DNA from: Hyalangium minutum
GTDB taxonomy: Bacteria > Myxococcota > Myxococcia > Myxococcales > Myxococcaceae
DNA: 64,000 bases
NCBI RefSeq assembly: GCF_000737315.1
Contig: NZ_JMCB01000007.1
Span: 186,001-250,000, forward strand
Reading direction: 5' to 3'
Below are positions 7,403 to 18,921 of this stretch, piece by piece. The notes under the pieces were generated by a model, which searched no databases, was not told the DNA's origin, and was given only the letters and a program-made list of their open reading frames with translations. Made by a program: the position numbers and the translations under genes. Positions within the stretch are counted from its first letter, which is position 1. Each line of letters opens with the position of its first letter.

Positions 7403-10400
7403 ATGGCCGCCCCGGTCCTCCTCGTCCACGACGACATCGCCACCATCGCCACCGTCCGCCGCCTGCTGTCGCGCGAGGGGCACGAGGTCATCCTCGCGAC
7501 GTCCGTTGCCGATGCGCTCATTGGCTTCGGCCACTACCAGCCCTCCCTCATCATCCTGTCGCCCGGAGTGGAGGGCGGCCGTGGCAACCTGGCCCTGGAG
7601 GAGCTGGCCCAGCACCCCGAGGGCCACAACGCGCGCGTGTTGCTGCTGGGTGAGCCTCTTTCCAGCTACAGCCTGCCCGTGGCTCCGCTGCCGATTGACC
7701 CGGCCAGCTTCATCCAGACGGTGGGGGTGATGGTGAGTGGCCCCGCCCCGGCGGAGGACTGGCGCATCCAGGAGGGCCACACCCTGGCGTCCCCTCCTGT
7801 CGAGGAGCCCCCAGCGGCCGACCCCTGGCAGGTGCCTCCGCCCTCGGAGCGGAGCAACCCCGCACTGGCCAATGCCCTCTTTGGGGACATGACCACGCCC
7901 CCGCCGGTGAACTGGGGCTCGGCGGCGGGCGCGCAGGGCAGTGTCGCGCAGGAGGAGCAGCAGCAGGCCCATGAGGCCGTCCTCGCGATGGACGCGGCCT
8001 TTGAGCAGACGCACCAGGATGGGGAGACGGAGGCGGCCTCGCCCAAGGCGAGCCTCGCGGCCCCGTCCGCTCCCGTGCCGGAACTGGGGCCCGAGTCGGG
8101 CTCCGGGTTCACGTTCGTCGGCACGGAGCCCGTCACCGAGCAGGAAGCGCGCGCCGTGACGGCCGATCCGGTCCTTATGGACCCGATGGATATGGGGGAC
8201 TCCGGCCTGAATGAGGAGCCGGGACCCATCACCGTCGAGTCCTCCGCGGGGAGCGTGGACTTCTCCGCAGCCGAGGAGATCACCGTTCAGGACCCCTCGG
8301 CCTCCGAGACCGTGGAGCCTGTGAAGGCCGCTGCCCCTGCCCCTGCCGAGGCCGCGCCAGAGCCGGAGAGCCCGGAGGCCGCGCCCGAGCGGGTGGCGGC
8401 TGAGCCACCGGGTGACCCCGTCGCTTCCGAAGCCTCGTCCTCCTCGGCGGTGGATGAAGAGGAACTGCGGCGCATGGAGGAGGAGGTTCGCCGCGAGGCG
8501 GCCGAGCGGCGGCGCCGGAAGCAGGAGGCCAGTGCTGCTCTCGAGCCCTCCTCCGAGGCGAGCGTCGCCCTGAAGCCTCCAGCCGTGGAGGCCGTGGAGA
8601 AGGAGCCGGCCGAGTCCTTCGTCACCATGCCCGCCGAGGATGCGTTCTCGCTCTCGGAGGAGAGCGGCTCCGAGGACGAGCCGGGCGCGTCCCAGGCGAG
8701 AGGCTGGGCGGGGCTTGCCAAGGAGGCGGGCGCACCGGGCGGGAGCGTGGAGGACGAGCTCCGTGCCGAAGCCGAGCGCCTGGCTCAGCTCGAGATCGAC
8801 GCGGCCCTCGCGCGCGAGCAGGAGGCGCTGGCCGCGAAGGCCTTGCAAGCACCCACAGCCGCCGCACCCTCGTCTCGGCTGGGCGAAGAGGGCTTCTTCG
8901 ACGTAGAGCCTCCCGTGGCGGAGGACGACGCGAAGGCGAGAGCGCTGGCTGCGGCAGAGGCCGAGCTGCGTGCGCTGCGGGGACAGAGTGAAGCACCCGC
9001 GGACGTGCCGGAGACGGCCGTTCCATCCGCTGCGGTCGCTGCGGGCGAGGAGCCGGCACAGCCCGAGCTGACGCCCCAGGAGCAGATGGAGCGGACGCAG
9101 CGCTGGGCGCGGTTTGCGGAAGGCTCCGAGCTGTCGATGCAGGAGCGGATGGAGCGCACGCAGCGCTGGGCGCGGTTTGCGGAGGGCTCCGAGCCGTCGA
9201 TGCAGGAGCGGATGGAGCGCACGGCGCGCTGGGTCCAGCTCGGCCCCTCGCTGCCAAAGGAGCCCGTGGAGGAGGCCACACACTTCCTGCAGTGGGTGGA
9301 ACCGGGGACCACTCCAGATGAGCCCTCGGTGTCGGAGGAGCTCTCGTCCCAAGAGATGGACTCGTTCGGGCCGGACATCGTGCCGCCGCCGGTGGCGGAT
9401 GAGCTGCCGGCTCCGCCCGTGGAGGCATCTCCGGCGTCGGAGCAGGAGTCCGCTGCCGAAGCACAGGGAGTGCCTGTCAGCGACGACTCCCGCGAGCTGA
9501 TGCGGGCGGCCCGGGCCGAGCTGGAGCTGGAGTCCGTGCTCCGCCTGCAGGCCGAGCATGAGGTCGAGGTGGAGCGCAGTCGCATGGAGACGCTCCACAG
9601 TGAAATCCAGCGAGAGGCCGAGCTCCGGGCCGAAGCGGAGAGCGCGAAGGCCGCGGCGGAGGCGGCGAGGGCGGAGGCGGAGGCGGCTCGGGAGCGTGAG
9701 GAGGCGCTGCGCCGGGCGGAGGAGGAGCTGCGGCGGACGGCGGAGGAGGAGGCCGAGGCGCTGAAGGACCGCGTCGCGGCGCTGACGAAGGACAAGGAGC
9801 ACGAGGCCCGGCTCCGTGCCGAAGCGGAGAAGTGGGTCATGGAGTTCCGCGGGCGCGATGCCAAGGCGCGCGCGGAGGAGGAGAAGCGCCGCAAGGCCAT
9901 GGAGGCCGAGGCCGAGGCCGCGCGAGCGAAGGAGACGCGGTTCCAGGCGCAGGATGCGCAGTTGATCCAGCTCCAGGCGCAGGTGGCGGAGCTGCAGAAA
10001 GAGTCGGGCGAGCTGGGCCACCTCCGAACGCAAGTGGCGGAGCTGCAGAAGGAGTCGGGCGAACTGGGCCGCCTCCAGGCGCAGGTGGCGGAGCTGCAGA
10101 AGGAGTCGGGTGAGCTGAGCCGCCTCCGGGCCGAGTTGGAGACTCGGTTGCAGGAGGAGTCGCGCAAGCGCAGGGAGGCGGAGGCGCAGGCGGAGATCGC
10201 CGCCCACTCGCAGTCCGAGGCGGAGGCGCGAGCGGAGGCTGAGTCCCGGCGCCGCGAGGAGGCGGACACGCGCGCCGAGGTGGCGGCCCAGGCGCAGGCC
10301 GAGGCGGAGTCTCGCGCGAAGGCAGCCCGGGCGGAGATCGAGGCGCGGGTCAGCGCGGAGGAGCTGTCGCGGTTCGACGCGCAGGTGCGCGCGGAGGCCG

Positions 10401-12982
10401 AGTCGCTCGCCAGAAGCAAGGCCGAGGAACGCGCGAGCGAGGAAGAGCAGAAGCGGGCGGAGATCGAGGCCCGGCTGCAGCGGGAGGCGAAGGCCCGGGC
10501 CGCGACCGAGGCGCGGGTGAATGCCACCCTCCAAGCCCGGAGCGAAGCGGACGCGCGAGCGGAGGCCGAGGCGCGGGCACGGCAGGAAGCGGAGGCACTC
10601 GCCGAGGTGGAGAGGCAGGCCCGTGCCAAAGCGGAGGCGCTCGCCGAGGCGGAGAAGCAGGCCCGTGCGAAGGCGGAGACGCTCGCGGAGGCGGAAGCGC
10701 GGGCGCGTGAGGAGGCCGAGGCGCGAGCGGAGGCGAGTGCGGCGGCATGCAAGGCGGCCGAAGCGCGAGCGGAGGCGGAAGCGCGGGCGCGCCAGGAGGC
10801 TGAGTCGCGAGCCGAAGCAGAAGCCCAGGCTCGTGCAGACGCCGAGTCCCGAGCCGAAGCCGAGGCGCTGGCGCGAGCGGAGGCGGAAGCGCAGGCCGAA
10901 GTCGAAGCCCTGTCCCGGACCGAGCTGGAGGCCCGCAGCAAGGTCACGGCCATGACGCGCGCGGAGGCGGAAGCCCGTGCGGAGGCCGAGGCGCGTGCGC
11001 GTGAAGCCGCAGCGGCCCGAGCCGAGGCGGAGGAGCATCGCAGGGCTCAGGCGGAGGCGGACGCCGAGGCCGAGCGTCAGGCTCGTGCCAAGGCAGAGGC
11101 GGACGCCGAGGCCGAGCGTCAGGCTCGTGCGAAGGCGGAAGCGGAAGCCAAGGCGGAGCAGCAGGCCCGCGCGGAAGCCGAGGCCCAGGCGGAAGTGGAG
11201 CGTCAGGCTCGAGCCAAGGCGGAAACAGAGGCCAAGGCCCAGCGTCAGGCTCGAGCCAAGGCGGAGGCGGAAGCCAAGGCTGGGCAGCAAGCGCGCGCGG
11301 AGGCCGAGGCTCGCGCGGAAGAAGCACAGCAGGCGCGGACTGTGGCGGAAGGGCGCGCGGAGCAGGCTGAGCGCGCCCATGCCGAGCTCGAGCAGAGACT
11401 CCAGGCGCTGGCTCAGTCCCAGGCCGGTGCTGAGGAGCGCGCGGGCGCGGAGGTCCAGGCGCGCGAGCAACTGCAAGCCCGGCTCGCGGCCGAGGCAAAG
11501 GCGCGCAGTGATCTCGACGCGAGGGCCCGGCAGGAGCGAGAGAAGCGGCTCGCCGCGGAAGCCAGGCTTCAGGCGGAGCTCCATGCCCGCAGCCAGGCCG
11601 AGGCCCAGCGCAAGGAAGAGCTGGAGCGTCTCCAGGCGGAAGCGAAGACGCAAGCCGACCGCGCCACCGAGGAGGCCTCGCGCAAGTTCCAGGAGCGGAT
11701 CGCCAAGCTGGAGGTGGAGCTGGCCCGTGCGCGCGACGAGCGGGACCGGCTGTCCCAGGAACTCGGGCGCATGGCCGTAGAGGCGGTCCGGGTGGAGACG
11801 GAAGCAGCCGAGCGCCTTGCCTCGGCCGAGCGGACGCGCCGCGAAGCCGAAGAAGCCTCGCGCCGCGAAGCCCAGGTTGTCGCCAAGGCCCGCGCGGAGG
11901 CCGAGGAGCTGGCCGCCCGGATGCAGTCCGCGGTCCTCCAGATCGACGCGCCGGGGCAGTCACGGGTGCACGTCCCTCGGGCGGGGAGCGTGACGCAGGA
12001 GGGGCTCGCCCATCTCCTGCTCCGTCTCTGCGAGGGGCGGGCCGATGTCCGCTTGGAGCTCAAGGCGGACGAGGCCCTGCGCATCCTCTGGCTGCGGAAG
12101 GGGAGCCTCGTGGGAGCGCTCTCTTCGGCGCCGGGAGAGACCCTCATCGACCGGGCGCGCCGGGATGGGCTCATCGACGCGCGGCAGGAGCATGAGCTGC
12201 GCCTGGTGCGCTCCGCCTCCACGGGCGCGCTGCTGGACACCCTCCGGGGCCGTGGCTACCTGCGCGAGGCCGAGTCCGTGCCGCTGGTGCAGCGCTACAC
12301 GGAGCAGATCTTCCTCGACGCATTCTCCGAGTCCTCGACGCTCTACCGGGTGGCGGATGAGCCGCCGCCGCACGAGGTGGCGCTCGCGGCCGCCACGCGT
12401 CCACCGCTGCACCTGCTGGCCGAGGCACTGCGCAACTCCCTCTCCGTGGAGTCCTTCGTGTCGCAGGTGGGCGGCTTGCGCGCCGTGGTCTCGCGCGGGG
12501 ACGCGGGGCAGACGCCCGAGGGCTTCGGACTCTCGGCGCGCGAGCTCCATCTGCTGGCGAAGGTGGATGGCGAGCGGACGGTCGAGGAGCTGCTGCTGGG
12601 CGCGGGGCTGCCCCAGGAGACGGCACTCAAGACGATCGCCGTGGCGCGGGTGCTGGGGCTCGTGGCGCTGCGGCCCGTGGAGGAGCCCGTGGGCGAGCTG
12701 CCTCCGGACCTGGACATCCGCCGGCTGGAGGCCAAGTTCGAGGAAGTCCAAGAGGCGGACTACTTCACGGTGCTGGGCCTGGCACGCACTGCGGGCGGCG
12801 AAGAGGTGAAGCGCGCCTACGAGCTGCTCGCCACGGAGTTCCACCCGCTGCGGTTCGCGGGCCACCCGGATGCCTCGCTGCAGTACCGCGCCCAGCAGGT
12901 CCGCGACGTGCTGTCGGAAGCGGCGCGTGCGCTCGCGGATGATCGGCTCCGGGCGGAGTACGCCCGCAACCTGCAGGACTGA
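7403..12982 (+). CDS. Giant pseudo-receiver / acidic linker / coiled-coil / DUF4388-like / J-like domain protein
   Basis: N-terminal receiver fold (VLLVHDD...SLIILSP), long EAEARAR-type heptad region, C-terminal DYFTVLGL...KRAY...FHPLRF J-like domain. Confidence 0.8.
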   Translation: MAAPVLLVHDDIATIATVRRLLSREGHEVILATSVADALIGFGHYQPSLIILSPGVEGGRGNLALEELAQHPEGHNARVLLLGEPLSSYSLPVAPLPIDPASFIQTVGVMVSGPAPAEDWRIQEGHTLASPPVEEPPAADPWQVPPPSERSNPALANALFGDMTTPPPVNWGSAAGAQGSVAQEEQQQAHEAVLAMDAAFEQTHQDGETEAASPKASLAAPSAPVPELGPESGSGFTFVGTEPVTEQEARAVTADPVLMDPMDMGDSGLNEEPGPITVESSAGSVDFSAAEEITVQDPSASETVEPVKAAAPAPAEAAPEPESPEAAPERVAAEPPGDPVASEASSSSAVDEEELRRMEEEVRREAAERRRRKQEASAALEPSSEASVALKPPAVEAVEKEPAESFVTMPAEDAFSLSEESGSEDEPGASQARGWAGLAKEAGAPGGSVEDELRAEAERLAQLEIDAALAREQEALAAKALQAPTAAAPSSRLGEEGFFDVEPPVAEDDAKARALAAAEAELRALRGQSEAPADVPETAVPSAAVAAGEEPAQPELTPQEQMERTQRWARFAEGSELSMQERMERTQRWARFAEGSEPSMQERMERTARWVQLGPSLPKEPVEEATHFLQWVEPGTTPDEPSVSEELSSQEMDSFGPDIVPPPVADELPAPPVEASPASEQESAAEAQGVPVSDDSRELMRAARAELELESVLRLQAEHEVEVERSRMETLHSEIQREAELRAEAESAKAAAEAARAEAEAAREREEALRRAEEELRRTAEEEAEALKDRVAALTKDKEHEARLRAEAEKWVMEFRGRDAKARAEEEKRRKAMEAEAEAARAKETRFQAQDAQLIQLQAQVAELQKESGELGHLRTQVAELQKESGELGRLQAQVAELQKESGELSRLRAELETRLQEESRKRREAEAQAEIAAHSQSEAEARAEAESRRREEADTRAEVAAQAQAEAESRAKAARAEIEARVSAEELSRFDAQVRAEAESLARSKAEERASEEEQKRAEIEARLQREAKARAATEARVNATLQARSEADARAEAEARARQEAEALAEVERQARAKAEALAEAEKQARAKAETLAEAEARAREEAEARAEASAAACKAAEARAEAEARARQEAESRAEAEAQARADAESRAEAEALARAEAEAQAEVEALSRTELEARSKVTAMTRAEAEARAEAEARAREAAAARAEAEEHRRAQAEADAEAERQARAKAEADAEAERQARAKAEAEAKAEQQARAEAEAQAEVERQARAKAETEAKAQRQARAKAEAEAKAGQQARAEAEARAEEAQQARTVAEGRAEQAERAHAELEQRLQALAQSQAGAEERAGAEVQAREQLQARLAAEAKARSDLDARARQEREKRLAAEARLQAELHARSQAEAQRKEELERLQAEAKTQADRATEEASRKFQERIAKLEVELARARDERDRLSQELGRMAVEAVRVETEAAERLASAERTRREAEEASRREAQVVAKARAEAEELAARMQSAVLQIDAPGQSRVHVPRAGSVTQEGLAHLLLRLCEGRADVRLELKADEALRILWLRKGSLVGALSSAPGETLIDRARRDGLIDARQEHELRLVRSASTGALLDTLRGRGYLREAESVPLVQRYTEQIFLDAFSESSTLYRVADEPPPHEVALAAATRPPLHLLAEALRNSLSVESFVSQVGGLRAVVSRGDAGQTPEGFGLSARELHLLAKVDGERTVEELLLGAGLPQETALKTIAVARVLGLVALRPVEEPVGELPPDLDIRRLEAKFEEVQEADYFTVLGLARTAGGEEVKRAYELLATEFHPLRFAGHPDASLQYRAQQVRDVLSEAARALADDRLRAEYARNLQD
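9077..9233 (+). repeat. 63-bp in-frame tandem repeat, about 2.5 copies (QE[Q/R][15 protein letters not shown][L/P]SM)
   Basis: Units start at 9077, 9140 and 9203, near-identical at DNA level. Confidence 0.9.
9971..10126 (+). repeat. 51-bp in-frame tandem repeat, 3 copies ([17 protein letters not shown]-like 17-mer)
   Basis: Units start at 9971, 10022 and 10073. Confidence 0.9.
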
Positions 12983-12989
12983 GGGGACC

Positions 12990-13451
12990 GTGGCTCCCGC
13001 CTCCGAGTTCACACCTTTCCCCGGGCTCCCCAGCGAGCCCGAGGTCCTCATCGAGACGCCGCGCTTCTCTTGGGTGAAGTGGCGGGCCGATGGGCGCGTG
13101 GACTTCATCTCCCCGGTGCCGTGCCCCTACAACTACGGGTGCATCCCGGGCCATCAGGCGGACGATGGGGACCCGCTCGACGTGGTGGTGCTGGGCCCGA
13201 GGCTGAGCCGAGGCACTCGCGTGAAGGTGCCCGTGGTGGGGGTGGTGGACTTCATTGATGCAGGGCGCGGCGACCCCAAGGTCATCTGCAGCGCCAGCCC
13301 CATGAGCGCGGGGGAGCGAGCGGGCGTGGAGCGCTTCTTCAGCGTCTACGCGCTCTTCAAGCGGGGGCTCCACCGCGTGCGAGGTCAGGTGCCGGACACC
13401 CGCTTCCGAGGGTGGCTCGCTGGCCCGTTCGGGGAGCCACGGACCAGGTGA
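12990..13451 (+). CDS. ppa: Family I inorganic pyrophosphatase-like protein (short, divergent)
   Basis: PYNYG and DDGDPLDVVVL (DxDxxD) plus FIDAGRGDPK. GTG start at 12990. Confidence 0.75.
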   Translation: MAPASEFTPFPGLPSEPEVLIETPRFSWVKWRADGRVDFISPVPCPYNYGCIPGHQADDGDPLDVVVLGPRLSRGTRVKVPVVGVVDFIDAGRGDPKVICSASPMSAGERAGVERFFSVYALFKRGLHRVRGQVPDTRFRGWLAGPFGEPRTR

Positions 13452-13506
13452 CACCGGGCGTCACCCCCGGTTGCCCGGCCGCTCCAGGAGCGTTAAGAGG
13501 GGAGCC

Positions 13507-14028
13507 ATGGTTCGCGAGATCCTGATCTGGCCCGATCCCATCCTGAAGCAGGCCGCCAAGCCCGTGGCCAAGGTGGATGACTCCGTCCGCACCTTGGTGA
13601 AGGACATGTTCGAGACGATGTACGCCGCAGACGGCGTGGGGCTCGCGGCGCCACAAGTGGGTGTCCTGCAGCGGGTCATCGTCCTGGACACCACGTCCCG
13701 GCAGCCCGAGTGCAAGCCCCTGGCGATGATCAACCCGGAGATCATCTCCATGGAGGGCGAGACGACGTTCACCGAGGCCTGCCTGTCCATCCCCGGCGAG
13801 GCCGAGGACGTGGACCGCGCCGCCGTCGTCACCGTGAAGTTCCTGGACCCCGAGGGCCAGGAGCAGACGCTGCGGTGTGACGGGCTGTTGGCCATCGCGG
13901 TGCAGCACGAGGCGGACCACCTGAACGGCACCGTCTTCGTGGACCATGTCTCCACGCTCAAGCGCGAGATCATCCGCAAGCGGATGAAGCGCCTCAAGAG
14001 CGAGCGCGACCAGCGTCCGTCGGTGTAG
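13507..14028 (+). CDS. def: Peptide deformylase
   Basis: GVGLAAPQVG, EACLS, QHEADHLNG motifs; SD GGAG before ATG 13507. Confidence 0.95.
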   Translation: MVREILIWPDPILKQAAKPVAKVDDSVRTLVKDMFETMYAADGVGLAAPQVGVLQRVIVLDTTSRQPECKPLAMINPEIISMEGETTFTEACLSIPGEAEDVDRAAVVTVKFLDPEGQEQTLRCDGLLAIAVQHEADHLNGTVFVDHVSTLKREIIRKRMKRLKSERDQRPSV

Positions 14029-14704
14029 CGGGCTTCAGCCGCACGCCCTTCTTTGGGCACAGCTCCGCCACGACGCAGCGCTCACACGCGGGCGAGCGGG
14101 CAAAACAGGTCCGCCGCCCGTGCCACACCAGCAGCTGGTGGCCCGTCATCCATCGCTCGGTGGGGAGCAGGGCCTGCATGTCCGCCTCCACCTTGTCGGG
14201 GTCCGTGTGCCGCGTAAAGCCCAGCCGGTACGCCAGCCGCTTCACGTGCGTGTCCACGGGGAAGGCGGCATCTCCGCCCAGGTGGATGCACACCACGCCC
14301 GCTGTCTTCCTCCCCACTCCTGGCAGCTTCTCCAGCGCCGCGCGAGCAAGCGGCACCTGGCCCCCATGCTCGGCCACCAGCGCCTTGGCCGCGGCGACGA
14401 TGTTCTTCGCCTTGGCCCGGTACAGGCCGCAGGTCTGGATGAAGGGCTCCACGGCCTCCGGCTTCACCGAGGCGTAGGCCTGCGCGTCCGGGAACCGCTG
14501 GAAGAGGGCGGGAGTTACCATGTTCACCCGCTTGTCCGTGCACTGGGCGGACAGGATGACTGCCACCAGCAACTCCAGGGGGGTGTGATAATCGAGCTCG
14601 ATACGGACCTCGGGCATCTCGGTGCCCAGCCGGTTCAGCACTTCAATGGCCCGCCGCCGCTTGGCCTCGGTAGTCTCGCGTCCCACGCCGCTGCTGTATG
14701 ACAT
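13994..14704 (-). CDS. nth: Endonuclease III
   Basis: LSAQCTDKRVN, helix-hairpin-helix LPGVGRKTA, VDTHV, 4Fe-4S motif CFARSPACERCVVAELC. Convergent 35-nt overlap with def. Confidence 0.95.
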   Translation of the reverse strand: MSYSSGVGRETTEAKRRRAIEVLNRLGTEMPEVRIELDYHTPLELLVAVILSAQCTDKRVNMVTPALFQRFPDAQAYASVKPEAVEPFIQTCGLYRAKAKNIVAAAKALVAEHGGQVPLARAALEKLPGVGRKTAGVVCIHLGGDAAFPVDTHVKRLAYRLGFTRHTDPDKVEADMQALLPTERWMTGHQLLVWHGRRTCFARSPACERCVVAELCPKKGVRLKPATPTDAGRARS

Positions 14705-14748
14705 AACCTCCCTCGTTCTAGAAGAGGGATCCCACCCACCAGGTAGGA

Positions 14749-15780
<1,032 letters not shown>

Positions 15781-15812
15781 TCCGAGAGGGGGCGTGGTAG
15801 GCTCCAGGAGCC

Positions 15813-16847
15813 GTGTCCCGCCTCGTTGCCCTCTCGCTGATTGCCCTGCTCCCCGCGTGCGTCACCTCGCGCGCGGAGGACAAGCTCAGCTTTGATGAAG
15901 CATTCGGGCCTCCCTCTTCCGTGGAGGAGCTTGCGGAGGCCCCCGCCCCGGGGCCCGTCCGGGTGCGCCAGAAGAAGCGAGCCGAGACGGCTCCGGGCAA
16001 GGACCTGCCCACCGCGAGGACCTCGCCGGAGCTGCAGGCCGCGCTCACCACCTTCGTCAACCACGCCCGGGCCTATCGCCGCCAGATGCAGCGGGGCAGC
16101 CCCATGCCGCCGGAGCAGGAGGCAAACTGGGAGGACGTGTCGGAGGCCCTCGACAGCTTCCTGGAGCGCCCCGCGGAGAAGACCTCGTCCCTGGACATCG
16201 TCCGCGCGAGGGTGACGCTGGAGGCGGAGCTGGAGGAGGACGCGAAGCTCTACGGCGACATCCCCGAGACGCTCGCCCAGTCGGTGATGCAGCGGGTGTC
16301 GCTGCTGTCCTCGCGCATGTCGGAGGTGCGCCGGCTGATGGTGAAGACGGTGCGCGAGGTGCCGCGCTTCTCCTGGCCCATCTTCCCCGTCTCCGTGACG
16401 AGTCACTTCGGTGAGCGCTCGCACCCCATCCTCGGAGAGATGCGGGACCACCTGGGAATCGACCTGGCTGCCCGGCGGGGGCAGGCGGTGCTCGCCGCGG
16501 CTCCGGGCGTGGTGCTCAACGCCGGGTGGAACGGCGGCTACGGCTACCAGGTGGAGATCCAACACGCCGCCCGGGTGACGACGCGCTACAGCCACCTCTC
16601 CCGGCTGATGGTGGAGCCGGGAGAAATCCTCGAGCGGGGAGATGTCGTGGGGCTGGCCGGGGACACGGGCATGGCCACCGGCGTGCACCTGCACTTCGAG
16701 CTGTGGAAGGACGGCCGGGCCGAGGATCCGATGGAGGAACTGGGGCGAGGGGATGAGGGCTCGGTGGAGATCGGCTCCGTGTCCGTCCAGGAGACGCCGG
16801 CCCCCACAAAGCAGCAAGGGCGCCGCCCGGTAGGACGACGCCCCTGA
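15813..16847 (+). CDS. M23 family metallopeptidase lipoprotein
   Basis: Lipobox LLPAC; Zn motifs HLGID (HxxxD), YSHL and HLHFE. Confidence 0.88.
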   Translation: MSRLVALSLIALLPACVTSRAEDKLSFDEAFGPPSSVEELAEAPAPGPVRVRQKKRAETAPGKDLPTARTSPELQAALTTFVNHARAYRRQMQRGSPMPPEQEANWEDVSEALDSFLERPAEKTSSLDIVRARVTLEAELEEDAKLYGDIPETLAQSVMQRVSLLSSRMSEVRRLMVKTVREVPRFSWPIFPVSVTSHFGERSHPILGEMRDHLGIDLAARRGQAVLAAAPGVVLNAGWNGGYGYQVEIQHAARVTTRYSHLSRLMVEPGEILERGDVVGLAGDTGMATGVHLHFELWKDGRAEDPMEELGRGDEGSVEIGSVSVQETPAPTKQQGRRPVGRRP

Positions 16848-16868
16848 GAATGACTTCGGCGCCAGCGA

Positions 16869-17138
16869 TTACAGCGAGTTCTTCAGTTCCTTGGCGGGAC
16901 GGAAGCCGATGGTCTTCGAGGCCTTGAGCTTCATCATCTCGTTGGTCTGGGGGTTGCGGATCTTCCGCGCCTTGCGCGAGCGGACCGACCAGGTGCCGAA
17001 GCCCGGGTAGCTGAAGCGCGCATCCCGCTTCACCGCCTTGCCGATGTTGCTGAAGACGATGTCGATGATCTCCGCCGCCGACTTCTTCGTCAGCCGGGAC
17101 TGCGCAGCCACCACCTCCACGAGCTCTGCCTTGGTCAT
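16869..17138 (-). CDS. HU family histone-like DNA-binding protein
   Basis: MTKAELVEVVA...GFGTWSVRSRKARKIRNPQT...FRPAKELK is the HU/IHF signature. Confidence 0.95.
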   Translation of the reverse strand: MTKAELVEVVAAQSRLTKKSAAEIIDIVFSNIGKAVKRDARFSYPGFGTWSVRSRKARKIRNPQTNEMMKLKASKTIGFRPAKELKNSL

Positions 17139-17188
17139 TCGCCCCTCCGTCTAGGGTTGTCTCGCGATGAGTCGCAACCTGGTGGCGG

Positions 17189-17218
17189 TTGGTAACAAAT
17201 CGCTCTTTTCCCTGTCAA
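17189..17218 (-). promoter_or_regulatory. Putative sigma70 promoter of the HU gene
   Basis: Perfect TTGACA on the minus strand (17218-17213), then 18 nt, then TG-n-TACCAA (weak, extended -10-like). Confidence 0.4.
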
Positions 17219-17454
17219 TGATAGACCAGCAACGCTCTCCTGAAAATGGCTCCGCCCTCTGAAATTTTGACGGCTGATACAGCGGGCGTAGAGAGGAAAT
17301 GATCGCGAAATGCGATGCATCGTCTGAATCCTCTCATGCGATGCGTTGAGAGGGATTGTGATCGCGTGAGTTGTCTTTCTCGTGTGGTTTCGATCGCTTA
17401 CAGGAACTTCCTGATCCAGTGGCATGGGGGCAGTGGTCTAGAGTCCCGGCCCGA

Positions 17455-18921
17455 ATGATCCCGCGCTTCCTCGTCGCTGTGCTGCTGGTGATCGCCGCCT
17501 GCCGCCCGTCCGCCCTGCCACCTGCCGCCGCTCCGGCCTCTGGACCAGAGGTGTGGGTAGATGGGGCATGGCGAGGCGTGGGAGAGGGCACTCGGGAGCG
17601 TCCTTTCCGGACCCTGGCGGAGGGGTTGGCTGTATGGCCCGCACCCACCGTCCACATCGCCCCGGGGCTCTATGCGGGGCCCTTCCTGCTGCCTGCGGGG
17701 GTTCGCCTGGTGGGGGTGGGGGAGAGCACGGTGCTCTATGGAGAGGGCCGCGAGCCCGTGGTGCGGATGGAGGCAGGGGCCTCGCTGGAGCGGCTGACGG
17801 TGCAGGGGGGAGGCTGGGGCGTGGAGACGGCCGGGGCGCTGAGGCTCGATCGGGTGGCCTTCAGCGGCCATCGAGAGGGGGCGGTGCGGGTGACGGCGGG
17901 GGGCCGCCTGGTGGCGGAGCAGGTCCAGTTCGAGGCGAGCCTCTCGGAGACGATGGGAATCTCCTTGGAGGGGCAGGTGAGCGCGGAGGTGAAGCGGAGC
18001 ACGTTCCGAGGGCCCTGGAGCCAGGGCGTCTTCGCGCGGGGAGGGGCTGAGGCGGTGCTGGAGGAGGTCTCGTTCCAGGACGCGGTGGTGGGGCTGGAGC
18101 AGGACGGCGGACGGGTCCGGCTGCGCCGGGTGACGGTGGAGCAGGGGCGGGGGCCCGGGGTGCTGGTCCGGGACGGAGCGCTCGAAGTGGAAGACGTGGT
18201 GGTGGTGGGCCACGAGTACGGGCTGGCCAGCTACGGTGCGAAGCTGGAGGTGCGAGGGTTCACCTCGCTGAAGGCCGCGCGCGCGGGGCTGGGGCTCACG
18301 CGCTCCACGGGCCGGCTCCAGGATCTGCAGGTGCGGCAGAGCGGGAACTTCGGGGCGCTGCAGCTCGTGGACTCGGACATGGAGGTGAGCGAGCTGCGCG
18401 CGGACGAGGTGGACGCCTATGGCGTGCTGGCGACTCAGGGAAAGCTGCGCCTGCGCAACGCCACCCTCACGCGGCTGAGCGCGAGGGAGGGCTACACGGG
18501 AGACGGGCTGCACCTGCGCGGAGTGAAGGCGGAAGTGGAGGGGCTCCTGGTGCGCGACGTACCCGGCGCGGGCGTGCTGGCGGCGCAGGGGGCAGAGGTG
18601 ACGCTGCGCGACGCGACGCTGGCCCGGTGCAAGCTGGCGGGGCTGACGGTGGAGAGCCTGGCGCGGGTGAAGGCGCTGGGGCTCGAGGTGCGCGACACAG
18701 AGGGGCCCGCGCTGGCGGTCATGCGCGAGGGCGAGGTGTGGGCGGATGCGCTCACCGCGAGCGGACTGGGAGATGGGCTCATCTGGGCGGAATGCGAGGG
18801 CGCGACGCGGGTTCACCTGCAGCGTCTCCAGTCCGAGGACCGACGAGGCCTCACGGCTCCCTGCATCGACACGGCTTCTTTCGGTTCCGGCAGCACCCCA
18901 CATGAAAGGCAGCGCCCATGA
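17455..18921 (+). CDS. Lipoprotein with right-handed beta-helix (DUF1565/pectin-lyase-like) repeats
   Basis: Lipobox VIAAC; WVDG...GTRERPFRTLAEGL...VHIAPGLY typical of DUF1565; repetitive beta-helix pattern. Start moved to ATG 17455. Confidence 0.7.
   Translation: MIPRFLVAVLLVIAACRPSALPPAAAPASGPEVWVDGAWRGVGEGTRERPFRTLAEGLAVWPAPTVHIAPGLYAGPFLLPAGVRLVGVGESTVLYGEGREPVVRMEAGASLERLTVQGGGWGVETAGALRLDRVAFSGHREGAVRVTAGGRLVAEQVQFEASLSETMGISLEGQVSAEVKRSTFRGPWSQGVFARGGAEAVLEEVSFQDAVVGLEQDGGRVRLRRVTVEQGRGPGVLVRDGALEVEDVVVVGHEYGLASYGAKLEVRGFTSLKAARAGLGLTRSTGRLQDLQVRQSGNFGALQLVDSDMEVSELRADEVDAYGVLATQGKLRLRNATLTRLSAREGYTGDGLHLRGVKAEVEGLLVRDVPGAGVLAAQGAEVTLRDATLARCKLAGLTVESLARVKALGLEVRDTEGPALAVMREGEVWADALTASGLGDGLIWAECEGATRVHLQRLQSEDRRGLTAPCIDTASFGSGSTPHERQRP

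Noticed and set aside
9077-10126. Tandem repeats as a possible CRISPR array
   Set aside because: Units abut with no unique spacers, lengths are multiples of three within a CDS, and no cas genes are present.
4994-11653. 2219-aa minus-strand ORF (also 8785-10953)
   Set aside because: Shadow of priA and the coiled-coil gene; its Leu/Arg/Gly repeats mirror the EAEARA repeats on the plus strand.
13507-14028. def motif EACLS instead of EGCLS
   Set aside because: Metal ligands (Cys, HExxH) are intact; a conservative variant.
17135-17657. Small minus-strand ORFs in the HU upstream region
   Set aside because: Atypical codon usage, no SD or motifs; the region reads as promoter DNA plus the 5' end of the plus-strand lipoprotein gene.
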